The notes below the pieces were generated by a model, which had not been told where the DNA came from, searched no databases, and was given only the letters and a program-made list of their open reading frames with translations. A program made the position numbers and the translations under genes. From the human T2T-CHM13v2.0 reference genome, Homo sapiens, in NCBI RefSeq assembly GCF_009914755.1, contig NC_060927.1: a stretch of DNA of 64,000 nt; one strand, written 5' to 3'. Shown one piece after another: positions 39,851 to 53,641 of this stretch (positions are counted from its first letter, which is position 1; each line of letters opens with the position of its first letter).

Positions 39851-42267
39851 TTTTCATATGTTTTTTAGAAAATAACTTTTAATATGAACATGGAGTTTTA
39901 TATGAATTCATCGAACAACAGTTCAAAATTTGGCTCCTTCTTCACCCTGTATGAGATAAACATAAGATTCTTTAGGTAACATATCAGTGAAGAAAGAAAT
40001 ATCTTCTTATGGTAATATATTTCAGTACTTTAAGTTGTCATTATTAAAGGTTAACAACATTATTGTCAACGCAATGGAAATAGAATGATAAAAACAAATC
40101 TCTTATTTGGGATAATATAGATCAGTATTCATTGTTTGCACAGAATGTGACAAATATAAGCCAAGAAATAAGATCTTTTTATGATGATATCATGCAAAAC
40201 AATGCAGTTAATTAGTCTGAACAAAAGTTATGGTCAAAGGTGATTCTCACAGTCCTTCAGGCATCACTGTGCATATTGGCGCGTTCAAAATCTGATGAGC
40301 AAGGCTGCGCTTTTAGCTGGTATGATTTACTGACAACTGATACGGGAAACATTTAATAAAACCCTTCATTAATAGATTTTGCTTTCTTCTCTCTCTTAGA
40401 CAAACTCCTAGAAATTTGCTGTAAATATCTCATTAATATAAATAGGGCAAAGAAGGATAATTAGTTTTTATCATCAATCAAGTTTTCAACTTCTATACCC
40501 CAGTCAATGTTTTCAACAGTCTCAGTATTTAAAGTAAAGTAAAAGGAACTCAGTATTGTGAAACCTCACAAGAATCAGTTGTAAATTAACTTACTTGGAA
40601 CCAACCAACTCTGAAAACATGCCTTGGGCATCAGTAAATTTTGTGCAAATCCTATGGTAATTGGGAAGATACTATTTCTTCAGAATTTCTAATTATGGTC
40701 ACATGAAAATATAACCATAAAAAAGAAAGCATCTTGGAAGTAGGTAAGCTTTATATCTAATAGGAAAATGGTATATAGAGTGGCTGATTCACTGTCTTAT
40801 CACAAATATGTTCTTTATAAATTTCATGCTTCCAGTTACTGGCCTATTAAAGTTATACATCTGTAGAGCGAGTTTGGACTCCAAAGGCAAGGCACAAGAC
40901 AGATGTGGGTACAGGGAAAGAGTGTACAGCAAAAATCTCACAGAAGTATCATGCCTTAGCTGTATACAAGAAGTCTAGGTTAGCATAGAAGACTAAAATA
41001 TGTGTTGCCAGGATCTATTTCACAGTATACTAAAGGCAAATGAGAGTTTTTAATTAAAGGGTAGGATATTGAAACTCAACACAGAGCACTAAGAAAGATA
41101 ATAAGCCATTCTCACTGGATGCAGGAAAGGTTAGCTAGTTACCAAACACATTTTGGGAGAAAGAAATTCTAAAATTAACTAGGGATGAAGTGGCTGCCCC
41201 TTTCCCCTTGGATTCATATATACTGTAATGTGGTTGGGAAATTTCCCTTAAAGCAAGTTGGAAAATTTGGAAATTATATCACCACTTGAAAATCAGAGGA
41301 AATTTTCCCAAGCAGCTGAGAAGCCTTCATTTCTAAGGATGTGTCTTGCAACATCACTCTTAACAGCTGCCCGAAGGAGATGGGCAATGGCTGGGTGCCT
41401 GGGCATTAGCTTTGCAAGTTGGCTCCACAGGTACAGAAAGCACTGAGCCAGATCTGTCAGAGGCTGATTCAAGACTCCACTATCTAAGGTAAAATACACA
41501 TGAGGTTGAAGCACATATAGACTGTTTGAAGGGAAATGGTGTGTGTAATTGGGTGTCCATCTATGTCACTGGCTTTGTTCAACAATTTTGCTGATTTTCT
41601 GTCGTTTTTACTTAACATAATTAAACTTAGATTCTACCATAGACTTAAAGATGATAAATTCTTCATTGATAGTATAAGAAATTATCTAACATATGTTCTA
41701 TCAAGTTCTGATGACAATCTAGCTCACAACATGGGTCTATGGCTCCAAAGAGACATGCATTTAGGAAAGAAAGAACTCAGAACATTTCCCATTTACACAT
41801 TGGAACAAGAATGTGAATCAGGATTTCAAGGATGAGGTTAAATAGTAAAAAGAGATATGAAGGAAATGGAAGTTCTAAGTTTAATATGCATGATTTCATC
41901 CTATCAAAACCCTAAGAAAATTTACAGTTGAGAAATATGAGGCTCAAAAAAATTAAAACATAATTCTCTCACATTCCAAAAGTCATAGACTGGTTTAGCT
42001 GATATTTAGACTCCATGTTCGGAGCCACAAACATATCACCTACCAATATTCAATAATCTTTCAAGTTACATGCCCTCAGGGAAACTGTAATATTATTTCT
42101 TGCCCCCACAAAAAAATCCATAGAAATAGCTACTGTTAAATTGAAGAACAAACGAGCCCTATTCTAGTTTTGTTAGGAATAAGTTCAATGGGGAACCAGC
42201 ACTTGGTTGGGCTTCCAACAAAAATAACAACCTCACATTTTAGAGACAACTAAAATCGGAAGAAAAC

Positions 42268-42308
42268 CTTTTTTGTTTGTTTGTTTGTTTTGTTTTGTTT
42301 TGTTTTTT
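42268..42308. repeat. (TTTG)n/(TTTTG)n
   Basis: Directly visible. Confidence 0.9.
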
Positions 42309-42382
42309 AGTTTTTGCCAGGGCCTGGAACAAGATTAAGAAAAATAGATGGAAGCCTATCCCTGTTTTGCATTATCCTACCT

Positions 42383-42465
42383 AAAGGAAAAAAAAGAAAG
42401 AAAGGAAGAAAGGAAGAAAGAAAGAAAGAAAGAAAAAAAAAAGAGAAAGAAAGAAAGAAAAAAAA
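42383..42465. repeat. (AAAG)n/A-rich purine tract
   Basis: Directly visible. Confidence 0.9.
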
Positions 42466-43175
42466 CTTAGTTCATTACTCCTTCACTTCCTAGTTGCTGG
42501 CTCAGAGATTTAAGCTCTTTCACAAATAGAAAATTGGGCAACCATTCTTCCATGTATGGCACAGATTCTTTCCTTTTTTTTTAAAGCGGCCAGAGAGCAT
42601 TGACTGATTAAAATGATGTTTTTAACTAGATTTGCCAATTTTTTTCTAATTTCAAAAATAGAATATTTAAAAACTTAGAAAAGTAAAAATTTGGTAATTT
42701 TATTTTTTTACTTTGTTTAGTTTCTTTTTTGAAAGCCAGAAAATAGGCATAAACAATAAAAATGAAATCACAGAAAAGAGTTAACTGATAAATATGTTTT
42801 TAAAAGTTTAACCCTATTAAGTATCAAATAAGTAAAAGTCATAATGAAATAAGATTTAAAAATTGACAGAGTAAAAAGCATTAGGGTGAGTTTAGATAAA
42901 CTGTCATAATTTCTTCATGTGAATATAAATTAAAATAAATTTTTCTGGAAAGAAGTTTGTTTGTCAATAATATTTATATTAAGATCCATGAGAATGTTGC
43001 GTTAGAAACAGTATTTACACACTAAGATTCTATGTTAAGGATAGAATCAAAGACACAAAAAAATGTATTATGAGTATATTTATTACAAGATGACTGATAT
43101 AGGGAACATTAGGAGTAAAACTCTCAAAGGACAGAGTACCACTTTCATAAATTAAGTACAACAGAATATTATTAA

Positions 43176-43482
<307 letters not shown>

Positions 43483-44191
43483 AAAATTTTAAAAAATAAT
43501 TAGTGATGGGGGGAAACTGACTACCATATCAATAAAAAGGCACAAAAACTTATATAATATGACCCATATTTTCTAAGAACATGTGTGCATAATTGAAGAA
43601 AATATACAGAAAGGTTAAAAAGAGGTTTGCAGTGGTTATCTGGTTTTTGAGATTATAAAGATCATTTTCAGGAGTTCTTTATACTTTCCTATGTTTTCTA
43701 AGTATTAACATGTTTTTAAAAGACTTGATTCAGATATGCACATTAGAAATGAAAGGAAATTCCAGGACAACAGAAGCACTTAAGTGAAGGTGAATAGGTG
43801 GGGATGTGCCTGATATAACTGATGAGAATGCAGCCAGCATATGTGTTGGGGAAGGAGCCGGAAATGGGGTTGGAAAGCTAAAGTGTGAACATCTATCAGA
43901 AAACCTTGAAAATCAGGATGAGCCAATGATATTCTTAAATCAAGTAATGATTTGATAAATGTAAAGTTCTCTTTAGATTAATATAAGTCAGTGTAGCAGA
44001 TGGCCTGGGTGGAGCAAAGGAATGGAAGTATATAAAAGACTTATTAATTCAAGTATACTGAATGCTTCTGGGAATTACATGACAATCAGAAATAATTCTG
44101 AGTTCTTCCTCTTGACAAAAGACATCATCAGAGTATCTGCACAAATTCCCAAAGTAGGGCTCTGGAGAGATTTAATCAAAAAACCAGTCAA

Positions 44192-44540
<349 letters not shown>

Positions 44541-44652
44541 TTAGAAGGCTCTTCCTCTAATTTACATTCTTTTGGTATAATATCAGAGGACTGGTGTTCT
44601 TCTCTGCTCTATAATGTTGCTCTGGTCATCTCTGATCTTTCCTGTTTGTCTC

Positions 44653-45016
44653 TGTAACAGTCCATTTTCAAACTGCTATGAAGAAATACTCAAGACTGGG
44701 TAATTTATAAAGAAAAAGAGGTTTAATGGACTCACAGTCTCACATGGCTGGGGAGGCCTCACAATCATGACAGAAGGCCAAGGAGGAGCAAAGGAACATC
44801 TTACAGGGCAGTAGGCAAGACAGTATGTGTAGGAGAACTGTCCTTTATAAAACCATCAGATCTCCTGAGATTTATTCACTATCACAAAAATAGCATGAGA
44901 AAGACTTGCCCCCATTATTCAATTACCTCCCACGGGGTCCTTCCCATGACACATGGGGATTATGGGAGCTACAATTTAAGATGAGATTCGGGTGGGGATA
45001 CAACCAAACCATATCA
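44653..45016 (-). mobile_element. THE1 solo LTR (THE1C-like), full length
   Basis: TG...CCAAACCATATCA termini, 364 bp; perfect 5-bp TSD GTCTC at 44648-44652 and 45017-45021. Confidence 0.96.
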
Positions 45017-45149
45017 GTCTCCCTGTGTTACTGACATCCTCTTTTCTCCTTTGGATGTGCTTCTAGCTTTCTTTTTTCTTCTTCTTCTTTTTTTTTAATC
45101 TCTGCCTAATTAGACTTAGAATGTCTACAAGGCATCATCTAAATTTGAG

Positions 45150-45320
45150 ACACACCTGATTGAAGTCTGGTTCACTCTCACTAATTATATGACTTTAAGC
45201 ACATTGTGTAGCCTTAATTTCTTTATTGGTAAAATGGGAATAATTCTACCCATTTTGACAGGTGGCCATAAGGATTAAACTAAATCAGATTATAAGATGT
45301 GTCTAATACTATCAAAGGCA
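45150..45320 (+). mobile_element. MIR
   Basis: GTAAAATGGGAATAATTCTACC...AAGGATTAAA. Confidence 0.7.
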
Positions 45321-46175
45321 CACAAATTTGTATCTTCGTTCCTCATATTATCTTCTGACATCAGAAGTATGAGAGTTTCTGACAAAGGCAAGAGGAAAAG
45401 TAGGCAGGGTTCATGCAGTTGGGGACCAAAGTTGTCACTGTGGTTATCAATGCTGGTTTTCTGTTTGTCTTATTTTTAATAATTATTATGGCATCTTATA
45501 ATCCAAGGGGATATAACTCAAATATTCAATGGTAAAAAATAGCTTTATTATTAGAAAACCAATTATTCAATTACCTCCCACTTAACTCCCAGAGTTAGAA
45601 GTGGGCTTCTAACTCTGCCCACTGGCTAAAGTAAGTTATTTTTAAAGAATAAGTTTGAATTTGTTAAATTTAAATGTGCATATTATTCCATCAGTTCCTA
45701 GAAATAAGGCTTAATGACCTACCCAGTGAGTCAGTGTCCTTGCTTGCATTTGTTTGCTTTATCTTCAGTAAGAATGAGTAAACATTAATCCATCCACTTC
45801 TAGCTTGCTCCCTATTGTGATGACTAACTGTCCCTGTTGCTTGCTATATCAGACTAACAAATCTGTGGCCTCAGAACAGAGTGAATCAAATGATATGTAA
45901 ATAAATAAAACGCAGCCTCTTGGCCTCAATGACATCATGTGTTAATTGAGTTCAAATGGCCACAGCAAGACCAAATGAGGGGAAATGTTCTACCTGCTTC
46001 ACTGCCATCGAGAGTTGAAACACGATGAAGCCTGGAAGACCACTGGAGGACAGCATAGTGTATTCTACCATATTCATTTTTCATGAGTTTTCTTCTTGCC
46101 TGGCTTTGTAAAACATTCATCCCAATAAATGATTTACCATGGCAGGAAAGATGCAGGAAATTGATCTGAGCTCAC

Positions 46176-46278
46176 CTTCGAACATTATGAAGACCGTGAA
46201 GTCTAATCAGGTTCCAGGGAGGACTCCAAGGTGGCAGACATTTATGAACAGAAATGGGAAAAACACACTAGGAAAGCA
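46176..46278 (-). other. Candidate exon of a non-coding transcript
   Basis: Donor GAAG|GTGAGC (minus strand); acceptors TCTTTGCAG| or TTTCCTAG|; no repeat recognised. Confidence 0.3.
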
Positions 46279-48879
46279 CTGCAAAGACTAATCTGTCTTT
46301 CATTTCATCTAACAATGTTCATTCTGAGTGTTCCTTCTTTGAAGGAAGGCCATCTGCTGTAAATTTATTTTTCATTAATGACAGTAACCTTTTAAACTCC
46401 ATTAGCAGCTTCTTTCTCAGCCTAAATGTAGGGATGCCTGTGGGATATGAGAGATATACAACTTCTCTCCGGAGAGTGTGTTAAGAGTGACCCAGGGCTC
46501 TGTTTCCACAAAAGCAAGATGCAGAATACACCAGAAAGCCAGCACTGAACTCCCCAGAAGCAAAAGTCTTAAGTTTACAAAAGTGTCTAATCTTTGAAAA
46601 ATAAAAGTAGAGCAGCACCGCAGAGTCCCTGGCTTTCTTATCTTTTACCAGGAAGTCCCATCCCAAGAGGTCACAGTGTTTTCAGAGAGAAAGAGGAGTA
46701 GATACTTGGAGTACCTAAATACTCTTTAAGGCACCTCTGGAGCTCACATACAGAGGGATAAGCAGGGTTTTAGGATCTGAGTTTGGGAGAGAACCAAACT
46801 CCTGAACATGATATGTATAACAAACAGTGTGGCAAAGTGTCATAAAAGGAATTATGGGTTTGAAAGTCAGATATAGATTTGAATCACAGTTTCTTTACTT
46901 ACTAAAGAAATTAATATTTGATATTTACTTGTAACTCTGGCTTAAGTCCTATGCAGAAATTCCCGGGGTTTGGGGAAGAGTGAGGGGTTGAGATAAGGAT
47001 AGTGAAGTCATTGTAATTTAAAAAAAAATCACCCTCAATATTCTTACTATTTACTTTTGAGAGCTTGTTTAATTCCCAAACTCTTTAATATTATATTATT
47101 TCCCCCATAAGATGTAAAGTGACCTTTTCAGATCCTCAGTGAGAGTTTAAGAATCCATGGAAATAAATGGGGAACTGAACTCATGTTGAACTGTGGTTAC
47201 TGGGTCGTGAGCCAGCGTTTGGCTTCTAAACACCAGGCTTCTACCATGTGTTCCAAATTCTAGACTTGGTAATATCATAAATTATCACTTGAAATATACC
47301 TTTGGGTTGCTCATAAATCTTTAAAACTTGGACTGTGAAATCTTAGAATTCTAAGAATTTTCTGTACTTTAGAAGACATATGCAGTGCTATAAATTATTT
47401 TTTTAATATTGCCTTATTTAGAATTTATTCCTGAATTGCATTCTGTTGGGATTTAGGCAACAAATATTTCATGCCCTTTGGGTAAAATAATTTTGGGGAA
47501 AGGATACATGAGTTCTTATGGAGGGGTAAACCACTTCGTTTTGCTTACACACGTTTGAGATTTTTCATATGTGAATCTGAAGGGTTAATTTAGATTATAT
47601 CAGCAAATGTGGTAATCCCAATAGTAGATGTGTTATACTTGTAAGTGAATCATAATGTCATCATTAACATATGCTTCCTCACTATCCACCAGGGTGTGAA
47701 ATCATAGTGAAGAAATTAGAGTCTTCATAAAGTTACCTGATGTATTCATTTACTTAAAGGCTAACGGCAAAAAAAGAAAAAAAAACTTCTCAAATAAATA
47801 TTCATTAAAAATTAAACCTGGCATCCATTCATTTTGTAATTTTAGGAAACTCTGGACAAATTTACCCAATAGTTACCTGAAACTAAAGTCCAGTTTCTTT
47901 CCAACTTTACTGTTAAGTGATTTAGCTTTGATAGATGGGACTAAAATACATTAGTCAAAAAACAGACAAAATTCATTCTCTTATACATCTGCGTCTCAGC
48001 TACACAGCTAATTAGTTATATGTTAATTTCTCCTACCTCTCTGAAATAAATTCCCTCACATATGGGCAGTGAAATAAGTCAAACATTCTTTTCTTTTCTT
48101 TATACCTACGTATTGAAAATGAACACAGTACTTGTAATTCTTTGCATAGGCCAGCTCTTGAGTAGCCAAAGATTTCCTTTAAAAATTATCCAAATTCCAT
48201 TGCTCTTTTCCTTTAAAAGCAATAGTTCAGCTGCTGGTGACCATAGACATGTCTCTTTCCAGGGAGATATAAACATAGTAGTAGACCAATGTGGTAATGG
48301 CAAGTACCTTTTGCCAGATGCTTTGGAGGTTTATGGTGATAACACAATTGGCTAAGTGTGTGCTGCTGACAGAGTTATGGCCATGAGACATGTATGGCCC
48401 ACTGAGATAACAGCCTTGAGTCTGTTGTATTTAGCCAGCAAGAGCTTTTGGAAAAGTAAGGGGTCATTCATTTTGCTATGGCATGAGTTTTGTGAACCTG
48501 CATTATCGAGGACAGACCTTAGTAGTCCCCTGAACAGAAATAGCTAAAATGTCAGCAGCACAACAGTCCAAGTGGATTGGAGTTGCTAAAAGTAAACACT
48601 CCCCTTTGTTTTTCCGTAATGCTTTTCCTATCCCGCCTCTTTATTTATCTTCCCCTACATGCAACCATATTTGATTTTTCGGTAAAGCTATAGCTTTTTT
48701 CTCTCACTCTTCTGCATTGTTTTCCTCTCATGCCTGTGACTCCAGTTTTTTCACTGTTGACTTATTTTCACTTATCAATATATGTCTCATTTTCTTCCTA
48801 TGTATATTTTAAAGTAATATTCTGAACTTTTCATTGATTCATAACTATTCCAAATATCACACATAATGCTTCCTAAACT

Positions 48880-49075
48880 TCAAAGTGCTTTCTCTTACTC
48901 TCATGATTACTTTCCGATGCTTACAACAATCCTATGATGTTGGTATCAAGAGATGTCTTCTTTTCATAGATGAGGACTCAGGTTCAGACAGATTAATTCC
49001 GCCCATGTTTTCCCAGTGTGTAATGCTCTGGTTAGAACCCCAGTCCATTTATGTTTCTACCTTATCACAGTTGCC
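48880..49075 (-). mobile_element. MIR
   Basis: ACAACAATCCTATGA...ATAGATGAGGACTCAGGTTCAGA. Confidence 0.75.
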
Positions 49076-50004
49076 TACTTCTCTCCATCTCCAACTGCTA
49101 TGGCAGCACATCAAATTTCCTGAAATATAAGAAAATATGCACATTCTTAATGAAAACAAGCTATGTCTTTAATTTGCTCTGCTAATGGCAGAGCTGCAGA
49201 AAACTATCGACTAATCCTTTGAGCCTTGGAATCTGTGGTCTGTGCTGCAAAATATATCTTAATTAACCACAGAATCAAGAGATCAATGTGAGCCACTACA
49301 AGCACAGCACTGCACCAAGTGCAGCACGTGTAGGAAAGCAGGCAAATCCACAGGGCTTGCCCAAAATTGTGGAGTGTGCATCACTATGCTTATTCAGCCT
49401 GGGGATCACACCTGTGATAAGCTGAGGCAGTCACACTTCAACCTCAAGAGGGTCATAGCACTAAGTTAAAAAAAAATCAAAAACATTTCACTATGTGCAT
49501 TTATTTGACATAAATGTATACAGTATGACAATAACCTGTTTGATGTTTTTAAACTACTTTCCCATCCTAGAGTTTCCCCTTCATTTTTAAGGTTGAACTG
49601 ATCTCTAAAGTGCTCCACAATTACAACTAATATACATATAAAATGAACTACATAATCCATTTATTTCACATACAAAAATTGCATTCACACACTAGTGGTT
49701 CTTTTCAATATTTATAATTTATTTTGCAAACGTAGGTTTGATTAGTGATTCTTCAAAATAATTCTCTAAATGCTTTACATATATTAACTTATTTAATCTT
49801 CACAATGACTTGCAAAGTAGTTGCTAATTTCTTCATTTCCTATGCTTGAGAAGTTAAGGAGAAAATTCATCATCAAAACAAAATCTAATGTCCAGATCAG
49901 TCCAGAATAAAGTACAATGCTGTAATCTATTTCATACAGAAGATATGATGATGCTTTTACAAAAATTGGGCTTATTTCCTAGTCCTTTCTGAAAATGTAC
50001 TTAC

Positions 50005-50225
50005 CTTTCTCCAATGGTCTAACCTGAATCCGTGCCAACTGCTCCATTTTATGACCATAGTATCTCATTTCAGAAAACTCAGCTTTTCCGTTAGAATAAA
50101 AAAAGTAAACAAATTTTCTCCCGGCCATAACCACATAGGAAAACATGGACATTAGATACTAAAGCCGAGCTTTAGTTCACACAATTCTTATACTTCATCA
50201 AGCTTTTCCAGATATTTCTGGTAGA
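50005..50225 (-). other. Candidate 221-nt exon
   Basis: Acceptor TTGTTTTTCAG| and consensus donor AAAG|GTAAGT; unique sequence with 4 CpGs. Confidence 0.45.
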
Positions 50226-50739
50226 CTGAAAAACAATTTTAGAATGAAATTCTATTGAGTATTGAATTGATGTATATACTTATGCTTAATTTCAGAATGC
50301 TCAACCCCCTGAAATTAACAGAAGGATCTCTATAAAGAAAAGTAATTTTTTAAAAAAATAGTAATTTTAACAGACTTCAAAAAAAATGAAGAGGTACAAG
50401 AATAGTAGTCATAATGATATGGGGTCTAGAATACCTACACAAAGCATTGCAAAAAGCAGGGACAGGTAACAAGGCAGACAGGAGTGTTTGGTATACTGTC
50501 TGGTATAATGTGGTGGATTTAGTTGTTGACTTATTGATCAGTCTTTGTATTTTCTTTCAGCACTTAAATGAAACTCTTTAATCTACAAAGCCAGGTTACA
50601 AATCATCCAAGAAAATTTATTTTTTGTATTTAAAACTTGTTGCTGAAAATATTTAAAGCTAAACTATACTGTTTATTAAAAAAAAGAAAGATTTGAAAGT
50701 AAACCTTTCTAATACCAATAAAATACAACCCTTGTTATA

Positions 50740-50985
50740 ATAACTACTTTTTATTGAATGTTCACCATATACCATATTTTTAAAACTGTTTTTTTATATA
50801 TTAACTTATTTAATCCCCACAACAACTCTGTAAGGCAGATACTATTATTACCTCCACTTAGCAGATGAGGAAAGAGCCCGACAGGTGAATTTGCCTTTGA
50901 TTGAACAGCCTTATGGGCAGAAATGCACTTAAACTCAGGCAACCCAGTTCCAGAGTTGGTTTAAACCACCAAACAACATGACCTC
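50740..50985 (-). mobile_element. MIR
   Basis: ATTTAATCCCCACAACAACTCTGTAAGGCAGATACTATTATTA...GCAGATGAGGAAA. Confidence 0.85.
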
Positions 50986-51099
50986 TTTTTCCTAGTTTTC
51001 TGAACTCCATATTTTTAAGTTCAGAAGTACCCATCAGTGTCACCATAAATATATGATTTTCAATCTCAGTGGAGCCCCTGAGACACTTGGCCATCCTGG

Positions 51100-53230
51100 G
51101 GTAGTCACCCATTTCCACCCTTCACAGTTTCTTCTTAACTACCCATTTTCTTAGGTCCTCAACTCTACTGCTCTAAATCACATTGTCACAAGAACTCTTA
51201 TACTTTTCAGAGAAAATTGATTCTCCCCAGCATGAACAATCTCAATTTCCCACTAATAATGCCCATAACCTATTTCATGCCTTTTCAGAAACTCACCTCA
51301 AAGGAAGAGGAAACTTTTATCCAAATTTAGCAGACTCCTGCTATGAAAATCTGTGTCCCCTAGGGCCTTCCTCCTTCAGTCACCTCTCTGTTTCCTAAAT
51401 GCTTTGTCTTCCTCTCCTTACACCCTCAGTTTCCTCTCATCACACCCATGATCCTCACTCCTGTTACTGCCATTACCTCCTTCTCCTTCTCTTTTAGCCA
51501 AGACCCTGAAAATATGATTACTACTTACTGCCTCCATTTCTTCAATTTCGTTTCATATTCTGCATCATTGGTTTTCTATTCTTCTCCTAGTTCACTGGTA
51601 GTAGTCATTAGTTAACTCACAATTACCAAATCCAATGTACTTTTTCTAATCTTTATTTGCACCATGTGAAACTCACCACTTTTGGTTTCAGGGCGACAAT
51701 TTTTCTTGTGGCTACTGTCCTCATTCCCTGATCCCTTCCGTCACAGATTTTCGAAGATAGTGTTTCCCTTTGACCAGCTTTTGAATGCAGACATTTTCAA
51801 ATGTTTTTGACTTTAACATTGACTTTTAGACATTCTTTTCTCAAAACAGATCTCTCCCGCTGTGCTCCAGACCCATATATCCAACTGCTTACTACTTACC
51901 GAGCTTGGCACTTCCAGTCACTTAAACTCATACGCCTTGTGGTGCCCAGCCTCCAAGATAGCCCTAATGATCCATGCCTCCTGGTACTCACATCCTTCTG
52001 ACGTCCCCTCCCACATTAAATTGTGCTGAACTATATAACTACCGGTCAGCACTATTTCAGAACTGACAACTTGTGACTCAAGAGGCTGTGTCATGAAAGA
52101 CATTGTGGCTTCCTAGATTCTCTTGGATCACTTGTTCTAGGAAAGGCCAAGCACCATGTCATGAGGACACACAACAGATCTATGGAGAAACACATGTGAC
52201 AAAAAGTAGGCTCCTGCCAACAGCCATATGAGCAAACCATTTTGGAAATTGATCCTCAGTTAAGCCTTCAAATGCCCGCAACTCTGGCCAACATGTTAAA
52301 TGTAACCCCATGAAAGACCCTGAGCCATAACCACTATTCTAAGCTACTCCCAATTTTCTGACCCAAAGAAAAAATGAGGTAATATATGCTTGTTACTTTA
52401 ACTGGTAAATTTGAAGATGATTTGTTATTGCCACCAACTGAACTTTTCTCAAAACTCTGTTTTTTAAATCATTCCCTTCATCAATTATTGACAATATCAT
52501 CCACTGAGTGACCCAAAACCACATAGCCTATGGCCATCACCAACTCATCCATTCCTTCCCTATCCTTCATCCCTTATCTCCAATCAAGGTCAAAGTTTTT
52601 GCTAATCTCTCTCCATTATAAAGCTCCTGAATAGATCCTCTATTATCAAGAACTCTTAGTTGCTGGCTTCTACATTTCTCTGCTGGATTACAACAGGAGA
52701 CTAATTATTTTCATATTATCTTGAATTTATCCTTTACCCTCTTTAAGATCTTCAGATACAACTATCAGATCATATTCTTCAAAGTCAGATCCTGTAAAGC
52801 TTATATTGCCTAAGGATGCTTGTTTCATAGCCTTATCTATACCACAGTCTACTGAACTTCATTTGCCAAGCCCCATACTGATTTATGCTTTTAAATTTTT
52901 TTTTCTGCTAGAATGATTTTCTTTTTCTTTTCCTGCTTCTCCTCATTGGGTAATCTTGATTTTTGACAACTAAATTTAAGAATCATTCCTTTAAACAATA
53001 CTTCCTTATATAACTGACAGCTCCTTCCTTAAAGCCACAACTGTACCCTCTATATAATTCCACCACGGCATTTAAAAATGTATTGACATTTACTTTAGTT
53101 TGTAGGTCTGCCTTCCTCTACACCAAAAGCTCATGAAAGATGTGGCTTATGTCTTCTTCATCTCTATCTCCATGGTTTGGGAGAGGGCTTGGCATATGTT
53201 GGAACCTCAAAAACTGCTTGAACAAATACC
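51100..53230 (+). mobile_element. Long fragmented L2 (hosts an MLT1F)
   Basis: Pyrimidine-rich L2 3' motifs (GCTCCAGACCCATATATCCAACTGC); terminus GGGCTTGGCATATGTTGGAACCTCAAAAACTGCTTGAACAAAT. Confidence 0.75.
51938..52430 (+). mobile_element. MLT1F-type LTR
   Basis: CAGCCTCCAAGATAGCCCTAATGATCC...CCATGTCATGAGGACAC...CTGCCAACAGCCA...AAGACCCTGAGCCA. Confidence 0.88.
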
Positions 53231-53494
53231 TAAATCTTGACCAGTTTATTTCATCTCAAATTAGATGATTAGAATAATGACAGATATAAAAATTAAATAT
53301 AATAAATGTAAAAGAATACCTACTCGCAAAGTAGAGTCATTGTCTTACTATGAGGAAAAAGTTTTCAGTTATCTGATATAAGTAGAATAAAAATGCATAT
53401 TTTCATCTTATTTACTATAATTGTGCAAAAGATATCTATAAGTTCTAGTCTCTCTATGTTCATGCTATGAGATGCCCTGGTAAAAATAAAATAT

Positions 53495-53641
53495 GGCTCA
53501 CTGCAACCTCCGCCTCCCAGGTTCAAGCAATTCTCCTCCTCAGCCTCCCAAGTAGCTGGAATTACAGGCGCCCGCCACCATGCCTGACCACTGCACTCCA
53601 GCCTGGGCAACAGAGTGAGACACCTTCTTGAAAAAATAAAT
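53495..53641 (+). mobile_element. 5'-truncated, 5'-inverted Alu
   Basis: Antisense right-arm segment 53495-53586 fused to sense 3' end and tail 53587-53641; TSD AAATAAAATATG at 53484-53495 and 53642-53653. Confidence 0.9.
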
